DNA of 12,259 bases, taken from contig CAZGJX010000112.1 of assembly GCA_964525635.1 (NCBI GenBank), forward strand, positions 1 to 12,259. Direction: 5' to 3'. This document shows positions 1-9,300 of the stretch, piece by piece. Position 1 is the first letter of the stretch. Every line of letters starts with the position of its first letter. This stretch comes from an uncultured archaeon (GTDB lineage: Archaea > Asgardarchaeota > Lokiarchaeia > Sigyniarchaeales > SOKP01). The notes under the pieces were generated by a model. The model saw nothing but the letters and a program-made list of their open reading frames with translations. It ran no database searches and was not told the origin of the DNA. The translations under genes were made by a program, and so were the position numbers.

Positions 1-111
1 CTGAAATTCAATCTCGATGCAATTATACTAAATTATATAATACGTTATAAATATAAATCTTAAAAGAGAGCATAAATTTCTAAAAGAGTTCTTAAAATAA
101 ATAAAGATATT

Positions 112-978
112 CTAATTTTCAAAAAGGAATTCTTTAAGTGGTTTAGATCGATTATTAAAATAATTATATAGTTTCTCAAAGAATAAAGAAATCTTAGGGT
201 TATTCTCAACAATAAAATAATTATGATAATCGATATCATTATCTTTTACTAAGGAAAATGTTATAATATGATTTAATTTGAATAATGTGAAGTGAAACTT
301 GTAATTTTCATCATAAATTTTCACTCTATCCATAAAATTAAATTCTTCTTCAAATCTATTAAAAATCTTATCATATTTTTTAATATTTTCTATAAAACTC
401 TTATCAGTAATTATTTTAAAGTTAATATTCTTTATAATAGGAGGAATTGGTCCTTTTTCCAAATTAAAATCTATACCAAATAGTCTTGCTAATTGTAGAT
501 CAAGATTAAGATCCCACCAACCTATAATTTCTAATGTAATTTCTGATTTTTTGGTAATATTAAGAAAATTTTCCATAAGGTTTTTTGTAACCTGTAAAAA
601 ATCAAAAGATTTATGTGACGTTTCTATGTTAATAAAGTTTGGCAGAAATTCGTAGAGAATTTCGGAGGGAATTGATTCAGAAGGAAGATTGCCAAATATA
701 TGAATAAATTTACTTAAAATATTAAATCGTTTTAAACTATTGAGAATATAACTTCCTAAATTAGTAATTGAGTAATTTTTAATATTTTTCTTGATTAAAT
801 TAGCTTTTTCTAATTTCCTTAAGTTATCTTGGATAGTTGAGATTGGCTCATTGAGTAATTTAGATGTTTCTGTCAGATTATGATGTATATTTTTTTCATA
901 AAGGAGAAGAACTTTCAAGGATAAAGTGCTAGAAATCGAATTTAGGAGGATTTGAAATTCATTACTATCTTTGGTCAT
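112..978 (-). CDS. Archaeal-type winged-helix transcriptional regulator (ArsR-like N-terminal wHTH plus C-terminal putative effector domain; COG4742/DUF1724-like)
   Basis: 288-aa ORF. The N-terminal LKVLLLYEK...LTETSKLLNEPISTIQDNLRKLEKANLIKK..KNYSITNLG fits an HTH plus wing with the typical 'Y.IT..G' end. It is followed by 'LPSESIPSEIL' and a C-terminal 'FFEKLYNYF' helix, as in archaeal wHTH-DUF1724 proteins. Divergent from the ABC operon. Confidence 0.75.
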   Translation of the reverse strand: MTKDSNEFQILLNSISSTLSLKVLLLYEKNIHHNLTETSKLLNEPISTIQDNLRKLEKANLIKKNIKNYSITNLGSYILNSLKRFNILSKFIHIFGNLPSESIPSEILYEFLPNFINIETSHKSFDFLQVTKNLMENFLNITKKSEITLEIIGWWDLNLDLQLARLFGIDFNLEKGPIPPIIKNINFKIITDKSFIENIKKYDKIFNRFEEEFNFMDRVKIYDENYKFHFTLFKLNHIITFSLVKDNDIDYHNYFIVENNPKISLFFEKLYNYFNNRSKPLKEFLFEN

Positions 979-1177
979 AATAAATAGAAATAATGAAGAT
1001 AAATAATAATGTTTTTGGAAAAACCATAATTTATATAATCACCGTAAAATATCCAATTTTGGAAATAATTAACAGAATCATCTAAAATGTCGCTTAAATA
1101 AAGACATTAGTAAATTTTAAATATCTAAATTGAATATTATTATTCAATCCTTAACAAAATTAAATATAAAATTAATA

Positions 1178-1185
1178 GAGGATGA
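1178..1185 (+). promoter_or_regulatory. Putative Shine-Dalgarno-like site (GAGGATGA) for the ABC ATPase
   Basis: Purine-rich GAGGATGA immediately upstream of the in-frame ATA at 1189. It resembles the AGGTGA found before the next gene. Confidence 0.4.
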
Positions 1186-1188
1186 GAT

Positions 1189-1908
1189 ATAACGGAATTA
1201 AAAAATAAAGCAATAATTATAAAAGAGATTTCAAAAACATATAAAGCTGGTGAAATTATTGTATTAGCTTTAAAAAATTTAACATTGGATATATATAAAG
1301 GAGACCGGTTAGCTATCTTAGGTCCTTCTGGTTCTGGAAAAACTACCTTGCTAAATCTTTTAGGGGGTATAACAAATCCAGATAAAAACGAGGGAATTTT
1401 AAATGTATTTGGTGAAGAAATACAAAATTATAAATTAAAAATGTTAACAGATTATAGAAAGACTCGAATTGGATTTATATTTCAGTTTTTTAATCTTTTT
1501 CCAACATTAAATGCATTAGAAAATGTAATTATTGGGTGCGAACTGTTAAGGAATAAAGAAAATAAAAATTTGAATACAAACACTATAGCGGAAACTTACC
1601 TCAATAAGGTTGGATTAGGGGAAAGATTATTCCATTATCCTTCACAATTAAGTGGAGGAGAACAACAACGGGTTGCAATAGCTAGAGCTTTGGCTAAAAT
1701 CCCATTTATTGGTAAGGATTTTCTTCTTTTATTAGATGAACCAACAGGCAATTTAGACACAGATACTGGAAAAAAAATAATCACTCTCGTAAAAGAATTA
1801 AATGAAAGGGAGGGTATAACATGTGTATTAGTTACCCATGATAAAATATTAGCGGATCTATTTTCTACAAGGACAGTTCACTTAAAAAATGGAGAGATTA
1901 ATAATTAA
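1189..1908 (+). CDS. ABC transporter ATP-binding protein, LolD/MacB/FtsE family (start extended from the ORF-track TTG at 1285 to a probable ATA at 1189)
   Basis: Walker A GPSGSGKTT, Q-loop GFIFQFFNL, signature LSGGEQQRVAIARAL, Walker B/D-loop LLLLDEPTGNLD and H-loop VTHD. The frame is open upstream of 1285 and encodes the conserved N-terminal strands IIIKEISKTYKAGEIIVLALKNLTLDI, back to a TGA at 1183-1185. The start position is uncertain; the function is secure. Confidence 0.93.
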   Translation: MTELKNKAIIIKEISKTYKAGEIIVLALKNLTLDIYKGDRLAILGPSGSGKTTLLNLLGGITNPDKNEGILNVFGEEIQNYKLKMLTDYRKTRIGFIFQFFNLFPTLNALENVIIGCELLRNKENKNLNTNTIAETYLNKVGLGERLFHYPSQLSGGEQQRVAIARALAKIPFIGKDFLLLLDEPTGNLDTDTGKKIITLVKELNEREGITCVLVTHDKILADLFSTRTVHLKNGEINN

Positions 1909-1910
1909 AT

Positions 1911-1916
1911 AGGTGA
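1911..1916 (+). promoter_or_regulatory. Shine-Dalgarno site AGGTGA for the permease
   Basis: AGGTGA lies 7 nt upstream of ATG 1924 in a 15-nt intergenic gap, which is typical of an operon-internal archaeal RBS. Confidence 0.7.
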
Positions 1917-1923
1917 ATTTACA

Positions 1924-4425
1924 ATGAATTTTTTGTTTAAAAAAGCAATAAGAGATTTTAGAAAATTAGGTTGGCGTAAGTATTTAATCTTAAGTGTTAT
2001 AGCTCTTTGTATTGGTGGAAGTCTTGCTATTAATTATACTATTTCATCTAGCATGCCTATGATGAACTCATATTTCAATAGTGCAAATCATGCAGATTAT
2101 ATTTATCAATTAGATGATAATTCTTGGATAAATTCTACGCAATTAAATAATTTAAATAAAGTGCAGGAAATTAAAGATTTTACGGGTCGTCTCTTTTGGC
2201 CGACTTCAATAAAATTAGAGGGCCAAAATGATTGGAAATATGTATTACTAATTGGATTAAATGCTACTTATGATTATCCCGAAGTATATAGATATTTTAT
2301 GAAATCTGGAATAAATTTCAATCAAGATTCTAACAACTTAAGTGCTATTGTAGATGATACTTTTTTTAGTAAAAATAAATTATCACTAGACAGTACAATT
2401 AACATCACGGGTTTAAACAATGCTTCATTAAGATTAACTGGAACCTTCAATGCACCAGAATTTATAATGGCAGTAAGTAATCCAGAATTTATTCTTCCTA
2501 TAGAAGGATCAATGGCAATTATTTATTTATCACAAGAGACACTGAAAAATTATATAATTGATCATTATAAAAATTTAAACTTTACAACACCTTATAATTT
2601 TGATGCTCAAATCCAATATTTCAAAAAGGTCGAATATAATAATTTGGCGGTTACATTTAGGGAAGATATCTCCATTAACGAAGGAAATATAGCATTAACA
2701 AATTATATTGAAAATAATTTAAGCTTAACCTTGAAAGAAGTTAATAATTTTTATGAAATATATCCCTATAGTTACATGAAGGCAGATCTTGAGGAATCTT
2801 CTGAATTTATGTGGATAATACAAATATTTATTGCATTAACAGGAATTTTTATAATTTATGTAGTCTTTAATCGTTATACATTTTCCCAAAGTCAACAAAC
2901 CGGATTTATTGAAGCAATGGGTTATTCTAAAAAGGATATTCATAAATATTATCTTTTAGTAATGATTTTAATATATATTATTTCAATTCCATTAGGTATT
3001 ATTATTGGTTATTCAATAGGATACCTAATTGTAAATATACTTCTAACAGAAATGGCAAATTTAGAATTATTTGAATTTCCTTTTTTATTTCTACCTCAAG
3101 TTTTATTAATTGGTTTAATAACTGGGGGATTTATGATTTTCTTCAGTATTTATCTTCCTGTAAGAAAATTATGTAAAAAAGATATCGCAAAATTAGTATA
3201 TCAAAAAACTGAGATAAAATATAAAAGAAGATTTAAATTTAGAATTCCAAAATTGAACTTTAGAAAAATATCTACAAAATTAACTTTAAAAAATAGCCTG
3301 AGAAATAAAAAACGACTAACTTTTTCATTGTTATCTATAACATTTTCTTTATTGATAATATCCTCAACTCAATCAATGTTGGATAGTATGTTTTATAATA
3401 TTGATCTTACATTTAATAATCCAAATATTACAGGAAACCCTCCAGTAGAAAATTGGAATCTTAATGTTCAATTTCAAAATAGTGTTAATATATCAGAACC
3501 AAATTCATTGGAGGAACAAATTAAAAACATAACGGGAATAGAAGAATCAACACCCTATGTAAAAGGAATCGCTAATTCAATAGGAAAAGTAAATCAATCG
3601 CTATTAATGATTGGAATTGACCTAAATAGTAGTACAGTCCATAATTTTCGGTGGAAGGATAAAATTAGAGAACAAATGTTTCCATTAGCAAATAATGAAA
3701 TTATAATTTCTTCCGTTCAAGCTATTGAGTTGAAAAAAAATATTGGAAATAATATTACAATCATTAATCAGACTAAAGATATAATTATATTAACTATTGT
3801 AGGAATCCATAGAGATTTAACAACAATAGCATATATTTCAGATCAATTGGGAAAGAGTATTTTTCATTCCTCCAACAATGTTATTGACGGAATTTTTATA
3901 ATTTTAGACCCATCTGTTGACAAAATCGAAATAAAAAATCAGATCTATAACTTGGGAAATATAGAAGTTATCTTTGACTCAGAAGAAATGGCAAAAGCTT
4001 TAAATGATTTTATCAGTAATTTTTTCGTAATTTTCTACGTTCTTATATATTATACGCTAGTTGTAGCTCTTATTATAATTTTATATAATTCAATTATGAA
4101 CATTTATGATAAAAATTATGAGTATGGTATACTAAGATCTTTGGGATATTCAAAGAAAAAAATAGGGAAAATGATAATTACAGAAAATATGATTCAAGGG
4201 ATTATTCCAATTATCTTAACATTAATCTTTACATATCCTTTAGCTGTAGAGATGGCTGCTATTTATGAAGCTAATTTTCCATTGGATGTATTTATAGGAA
4301 TACCTACTATATTATACACGGTAATCCCACCAATTATTTTATACATAATAGGTTCATTTATTGCTTTCCGAGTAGTATATAAGAAAAATCTTTATGAACA
4401 AGTACAAACAAATTACGTCAGTTAA
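1924..4425 (+). CDS. ABC transporter permease, FtsX/MacB/LolE-like, with two tandem TM + extracellular + FtsX modules
   Basis: 833 aa. Starts KKAIRDFRK followed by a TM helix and a large extracellular domain, then FtsX-like 'QQTGFIEAMGYSKKDI' with TMs. The second half runs 'LKNSLRNKKRLTFSLLSI', an extracellular domain and 'EYGILRSLGYSKKKI' with TMs. It is directly downstream of the ATPase. Confidence 0.92.
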   Translation: MNFLFKKAIRDFRKLGWRKYLILSVIALCIGGSLAINYTISSSMPMMNSYFNSANHADYIYQLDDNSWINSTQLNNLNKVQEIKDFTGRLFWPTSIKLEGQNDWKYVLLIGLNATYDYPEVYRYFMKSGINFNQDSNNLSAIVDDTFFSKNKLSLDSTINITGLNNASLRLTGTFNAPEFIMAVSNPEFILPIEGSMAIIYLSQETLKNYIIDHYKNLNFTTPYNFDAQIQYFKKVEYNNLAVTFREDISINEGNIALTNYIENNLSLTLKEVNNFYEIYPYSYMKADLEESSEFMWIIQIFIALTGIFIIYVVFNRYTFSQSQQTGFIEAMGYSKKDIHKYYLLVMILIYIISIPLGIIIGYSIGYLIVNILLTEMANLELFEFPFLFLPQVLLIGLITGGFMIFFSIYLPVRKLCKKDIAKLVYQKTEIKYKRRFKFRIPKLNFRKISTKLTLKNSLRNKKRLTFSLLSITFSLLIISSTQSMLDSMFYNIDLTFNNPNITGNPPVENWNLNVQFQNSVNISEPNSLEEQIKNITGIEESTPYVKGIANSIGKVNQSLLMIGIDLNSSTVHNFRWKDKIREQMFPLANNEIIISSVQAIELKKNIGNNITIINQTKDIIILTIVGIHRDLTTIAYISDQLGKSIFHSSNNVIDGIFIILDPSVDKIEIKNQIYNLGNIEVIFDSEEMAKALNDFISNFFVIFYVLIYYTLVVALIIILYNSIMNIYDKNYEYGILRSLGYSKKKIGKMIITENMIQGIIPIILTLIFTYPLAVEMAAIYEANFPLDVFIGIPTILYTVIPPIILYIIGSFIAFRVVYKKNLYEQVQTNYVS

Positions 4426-4458
4426 TTTAAAGGACTTAAAAATATATTTATAATATTA

Positions 4459-4475
4459 TTTTTCTTTTTTTTTTT
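4459..4475 (+). terminator. Oligo-T (archaeal-type) terminator of the ABC operon
   Basis: TTTTTCTTTTTTTTTTT about 35 nt after the stop at 4425, with no GC hairpin. Confidence 0.6.
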
Positions 4476-4510
4476 CAAACTTTACAGGAAAATTTAGTAT
4501 CTATAAAGTA

Positions 4511-4529
4511 TAACCTAAAGGTTAAAATA
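4511..4529 (+). promoter_or_regulatory. Putative BRE/TATA promoter (AAAGG-TTAAAATA) overlapped by the inverted repeat TAACCT-AA-AGGTTA
   Basis: TTAAAATA at 4522-4529 is centred about 26-27 nt upstream of ATG 4552, which has no SD, consistent with a leaderless mRNA. A perfect 6-2-6 inverted repeat spans 4511-4524. Confidence 0.5.
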
Positions 4530-4551
4530 GGCTACTGATATAAAGAATACT

Positions 4552-6081
4552 ATGAAAAAATACGATTTAATAGTCATTGGAAGTGGAGCTGGGCTTAACA
4601 TTCTTAACACAGGGCTTCAAAGGGGTCTTAAATGTGCTCTCATAGAAAATATTAAAATTGGTGGAACTTGTCTTACAAGAGGTTGTATTCCTTCTAAAAT
4701 CTTAATTTATCCAGCAGATATTATAAGAGAGGCTAAACATGCTGAGAAAATAGGTGTAAATCTAGAGCTAAAAGATTTAAATTGGAAATTAATCTCAGAA
4801 AGAATGTGGTCTCAAATTAATGAAGAAAAGGAAATGCAAAATGGACTCTCTCAAATCGAGAATTTGGATCTTTATATGGGTACAGCAGAGTTTACAGGAA
4901 ATTATGAAATACAAGTAAAAATAAATGATAATAATAAGATAATTGGTCCCTTTAAGGGAGATAAAATAGTTATTGCAAGTGGTGCAAGAGCATTAATACC
5001 TCCAATTAAGGGAATAGACGAGGTAGACTATATTACAAGTGATAATTTTTTTGGGGATAAATTTCCTAAAAAATTATGGAAGAGCTTAATAATAATAGGG
5101 GGAGGTATTATAGCTGCTGAATTTGCTCATACTTTTTCTACTTATGGAACAGATGTTACAATAGTGGAGATGCTTCCAAGGTTAGTTTATACTGAAGAAC
5201 CTGAAATAAGTGAAATCTTAGAAAAAGAATTTCGGAAACATATGAAAGTGTATCTAAATAAGAAAGCTATTAGTGTTAAAGCGAAGGATAAAATTAAGAT
5301 TATAGAATTGGAAGATATTAATTCTGGAGAAATTACAGAAATTTCAGCAGAGGAAATATTAATAGCTACTGGTCGTCGCTCAAATGCTGATATATTAAAG
5401 GTTGAAAGAACGGGAATAGAGACGGACAGCCGAGGTTGGATAAAAACCAATGAATTTTTGGAGACGAATGTCAACAATATTTGGTGTATAGGGGATGCAA
5501 ATGGATTATATCAATTTAGACATAAAGCCAATGCAGAGACTCAAATATGTAGAAATAATATTTTTAACCATAAAAAACAAGCTATAGATTATACAGCTGT
5601 ACCATGGGCAATCTTTACTTATCCTCAAATTGGTCATGTTGGAATGACAGAAAAGGAAGCGATTGACAAAGGAAATAAAATTCTTGTAGCGAAACACAAA
5701 TATTCCTCTGTTGCAAAAGGATTTGCCATGGGTTATAATGAAGGAGATGAGGATGATGGTTTGGTAAAATTAATCATAGATCAATCATATCGTATATTGG
5801 GAGCTCATGTAGTAGGGGCTCATGCAGCTGTCTTAGTGCAACCCTTTGTTTATTTAATGAATTCAGGATATGCATGTCCCCCTCCTGAAGATATGATACA
5901 AAAGGGAGATATTATTCCAAAAATAGCTCGTACTTGTCCTGAAGGAGGATCTTTTTTACCAATTTATCGATCAATGATCATCCATCCCTCTCTCAATGAA
6001 GTTACAGGATGGGCTATTGGGAATTTAAGACCAGTTAATATTGAAATAAAGCATGAACATGATGATAAACATCAACATTAG
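4552..6081 (+). CDS. Class-I pyridine nucleotide-disulfide oxidoreductase (dihydrolipoyl dehydrogenase / mycothione-reductase-like family)
   Basis: FAD motif YDLIVIGSGAG, redox disulfide GGTCLTRGCIPSK (C40/C45), NAD(P) motif IIGGGIIAAE, ATGRRSN, TNVNNIWCIGD, and dimer-interface HPSLNE (H478). The substrate cannot be determined from sequence. Confidence 0.92.
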   Translation: MKKYDLIVIGSGAGLNILNTGLQRGLKCALIENIKIGGTCLTRGCIPSKILIYPADIIREAKHAEKIGVNLELKDLNWKLISERMWSQINEEKEMQNGLSQIENLDLYMGTAEFTGNYEIQVKINDNNKIIGPFKGDKIVIASGARALIPPIKGIDEVDYITSDNFFGDKFPKKLWKSLIIIGGGIIAAEFAHTFSTYGTDVTIVEMLPRLVYTEEPEISEILEKEFRKHMKVYLNKKAISVKAKDKIKIIELEDINSGEITEISAEEILIATGRRSNADILKVERTGIETDSRGWIKTNEFLETNVNNIWCIGDANGLYQFRHKANAETQICRNNIFNHKKQAIDYTAVPWAIFTYPQIGHVGMTEKEAIDKGNKILVAKHKYSSVAKGFAMGYNEGDEDDGLVKLIIDQSYRILGAHVVGAHAAVLVQPFVYLMNSGYACPPPEDMIQKGDIIPKIARTCPEGGSFLPIYRSMIIHPSLNEVTGWAIGNLRPVNIEIKHEHDDKHQH

Positions 6082-6130
6082 AATATATATAAAATTATTT
6101 TAATTGCTTAATGACAGCTTTCTTCGAAAC

Positions 6131-6155
6131 TTTTTTTCTTGTATTCTTTTTTTTT
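6131..6155 (+). terminator. Oligo-T terminator after the oxidoreductase
   Basis: T7-CTTGTATTC-T9 about 50 nt after the stop at 6081. Confidence 0.55.
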
Positions 6156-6346
6156 GAATTTACATAATAGATGTCCATTTAGTTATTATGAATTAATCAA
6201 TATCACTTTCATAAAAATTATTTAAAATGATTATAGAAAGATAGATCTGTTATTTTTCATAAAAAAAATAATAAAATATTTAAATCTTCCAATGATTAAA
6301 ATATATTAGTCAAAAATTCACATAATAAAAAACATCAACGTAAGAG

Positions 6347-9300
6347 TTGATGATGATAAAAACCTATAAAAATAGCTTTTATATAGTTTTAGTAATATTA
6401 AGTCTTACTGTTTCAAGTCTTAATTTTATAAAGCTAATACCTATTTCAAATACAATAAAAGAAGGAACACAATCAGTTGCTCCTAAAGAAAGTATCTTAG
6501 AATCAAATAAAGTTGTCTATGGATTTTGGCCATACTGGATGGATCCTTCATCATATCAACCAAATTGGAATGCATTAACTCATGTTGCTTATTTTTCCTG
6601 GGGGGCTAATAGTGATGGATCATTAACTCCACCAGATGTTGCGCGATTTAATACTGTAAAAAATCTTGCCCAACAAAATGATGCTAAATTAACAATTTGT
6701 ATTACTTGTTTTAGTCAAGATACACAAGATAACATTTTAGCATACCATAAGACTGATTTTAGTACAAATATTCTAAATCTTCTACAAACTTATGGAGTAG
6801 ATGGTATTAATTTAGATTTTGAATTTCCCAGAACTACCAACTCATATACAGGTGAATCTAATACAATTTTATTTGAGAATTTGATGAGTATTCTTCATAC
6901 TACTCTGAAAAATGCTAATATTAATTACCATCTTTCATTTTGCATTGCTGGTAGTGTTGAGTCGATATATCGTAATGAAGGATTATCTCAATATATTGAT
7001 GCTATATTTCTTATGGGATATGATTATCATTGGAGGTCTGCATCAACAACAGGTGCTGTTTCTCCCTATGATGATCCTACACAGTTGGATGTTGTTGATT
7101 CTGTAAATAGGCTAATCGCTTATTATCCAAGTGATAAAATTATTCTTGGTTTTCCTTTTTATGGATATGATTGGCCATGTTCATCAGAACAACCAGGAGC
7201 TTCAGTAATAGAAAGCGGAAGTAGTGTTCTTTTAAAAGATGCAATTTTAAATGCTCAATCTTATGGACGACTTTGGGATTCAAACTCTAATACACCATGG
7301 TATCGTTATCAAAGTGGATCAACTTGGCATCAATGTTGGTATGATGATGAAATCTCTTTAGATATTAAATTTGATTATGTTAATTCTGCTAATCTAGCAG
7401 GAACGGGATTTTGGGCTCTTGGTTATGAGACTTCAGATATTTGGAACTTAGTTTTAACAAAATTCTCTGATTCTCAAAATTCACTAAATGGTTTATCAGG
7501 GAAGATTATTTGTGTGGATGCAGGACATGGTGGTTCTGATAGCGGAACGGTTGGAATTGATGGTTCAGGATACCCTAATGAAAAGGATTTTAATCTCGAT
7601 ACCGCTTTACGTTTAAAAGATCTACTAATATCTGCTAGTGCAACTGTTATAATGACTAGAGAAACAGATGTATTTATTTCACTTTCAGAACGGTGTACTA
7701 TAGCAAACAATAATAATGCAGATATTTTTGTCAGCGTACATCATAATGCAGCATCATCAACAAGTGCAAGAGGTACTGAAACGCTCTATTGGGCTGAAAG
7801 TGATACAATATATTCTGTAAACGGCAGGAGTTTAGCAAGCAATATTCAATCAAGATTGGTTGCACAACTTGGAACAACTAATCGAGGAATAAAAGGAGAT
7901 TATCCATATCTTGGATATCATTTATATGTGTTAGCAAACACAGATATGCCTGCTGCTTTAACTGAAAATGCCTTCCTCTCTAATCAAGATGATTTCAATT
8001 TAATAAATAATCCTGATAATCGATATAAAGCAGCATTAGGTATCTATGAAGGCATATGCAATTATTTTGGTGTTGACCCTGAACCACCTCCACCTGATGA
8101 GGATATAACAGATAAAACAATTATTATAGATCCAGGGGATGGGGGTTCTGAAAGTGGTCCAGTCGGGATTGATGGGGAAGGCTTTCCAAATGAAAAAGAT
8201 TTCAATCTTGACGTTAGTTTAAGATTAAAAGATATGTTATCTTATATAGGTGCAAATGTGATTTTAACTAGAGAAACAGATATTGATGTTTCACTTTCAG
8301 AACGGTGTAATATAGCAAATATTAATAATGCAGATATCTTTGTTAGCATACATCATAATGCTGCTTCATCATCAAGTGCGGGAGGTACTGAAACATTCTA
8401 TTGGGCAGAAAGTGATATTGTATATTCTATAAACGGTAGGAATTTAGCAGGCGATATACAATCGCGATTGATTTCACAACTTGGAACAACTGATCGAGGA
8501 ATACGAGGAGATTATCCATATCTAGGGAGTCATTTTGAAGTACTTGACAACACAAATATGCCTGCAATTTTAACTGAAATTCTATTTCTTACAAATCAGG
8601 ATGATTTTAATCTAATTTCCGATCCTAATAGCCGAATTAGGGCGGCTTTAGCGATTTATGAGGGGATTTGTAATTATTTTGGTGCTGATCCTCAAATACC
8701 CCAAGCAAGTGATATAACAATTTCAGGATACCCATCATCTTCCTCATATATTTCTAGAACTATATTTTTTGAAAAATCTTTTTCAAACACTCTATTTATG
8801 ACAAGAGCTTCCTTGTATTTGGATGAAAGTTATATTGAAGATTTTTATTTTAAAGAGTGGTTTTTTAATACAGAATCAACTATTAGTCAACCTATATTGA
8901 ATAGTTATGACTATTCTATTGGATGGCATAATATTAAAATTATAACTCAAGATCTATGGGGAATAGAGAAGAATCATGAAGAAGAGCTCTTTTTTCAACG
9001 TTCTCCTATAGTAGGAGCAAAAATATATGGAAGTTCTGATGCAGCTAATATAGCAGATAATGATGATGAATCTTATGGATCTAATGATTTGAACAAACCA
9101 TTATATATTGAATTACCATGTAATTTTAATATATGGGCGATAAAAACACATTGGTGGGATAATGATAATAGATATTATCAGTATAAAATTGAAACATCAA
9201 CAGATAATGAAACTTGGGTATTACAAATCGATAAAACATTAGGTGAATATAAATCTTGGCAGTGGGATGCTATTGATTCTGATATAAGATGGATCAGGAT

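Noticed and set aside
1-111. Possible 3' end of an upstream gene
   Set aside because: Short open frames run off the window edge with no recognisable motif.
292-483. 63-aa + strand ORF
   Set aside because: Antisense shadow inside the wHTH regulator; F/I/K-rich composition typical of AT-rich reverse frames.
1285-1287. TTG as the ATPase start
   Set aside because: It would delete conserved N-terminal beta-strands that are encoded in frame upstream.
5187-5697. Minus-strand ORFs 5187..5477 and 5506..5697
   Set aside because: Antisense to the well-supported oxidoreductase; no motifs.
4552-6081. Naming the gene lpdA, merA or mtr
   Set aside because: No lipoyl-enzyme context, no MerA terminal Cys-Cys or NmerA domain, and the substrate cannot be assigned from motifs.
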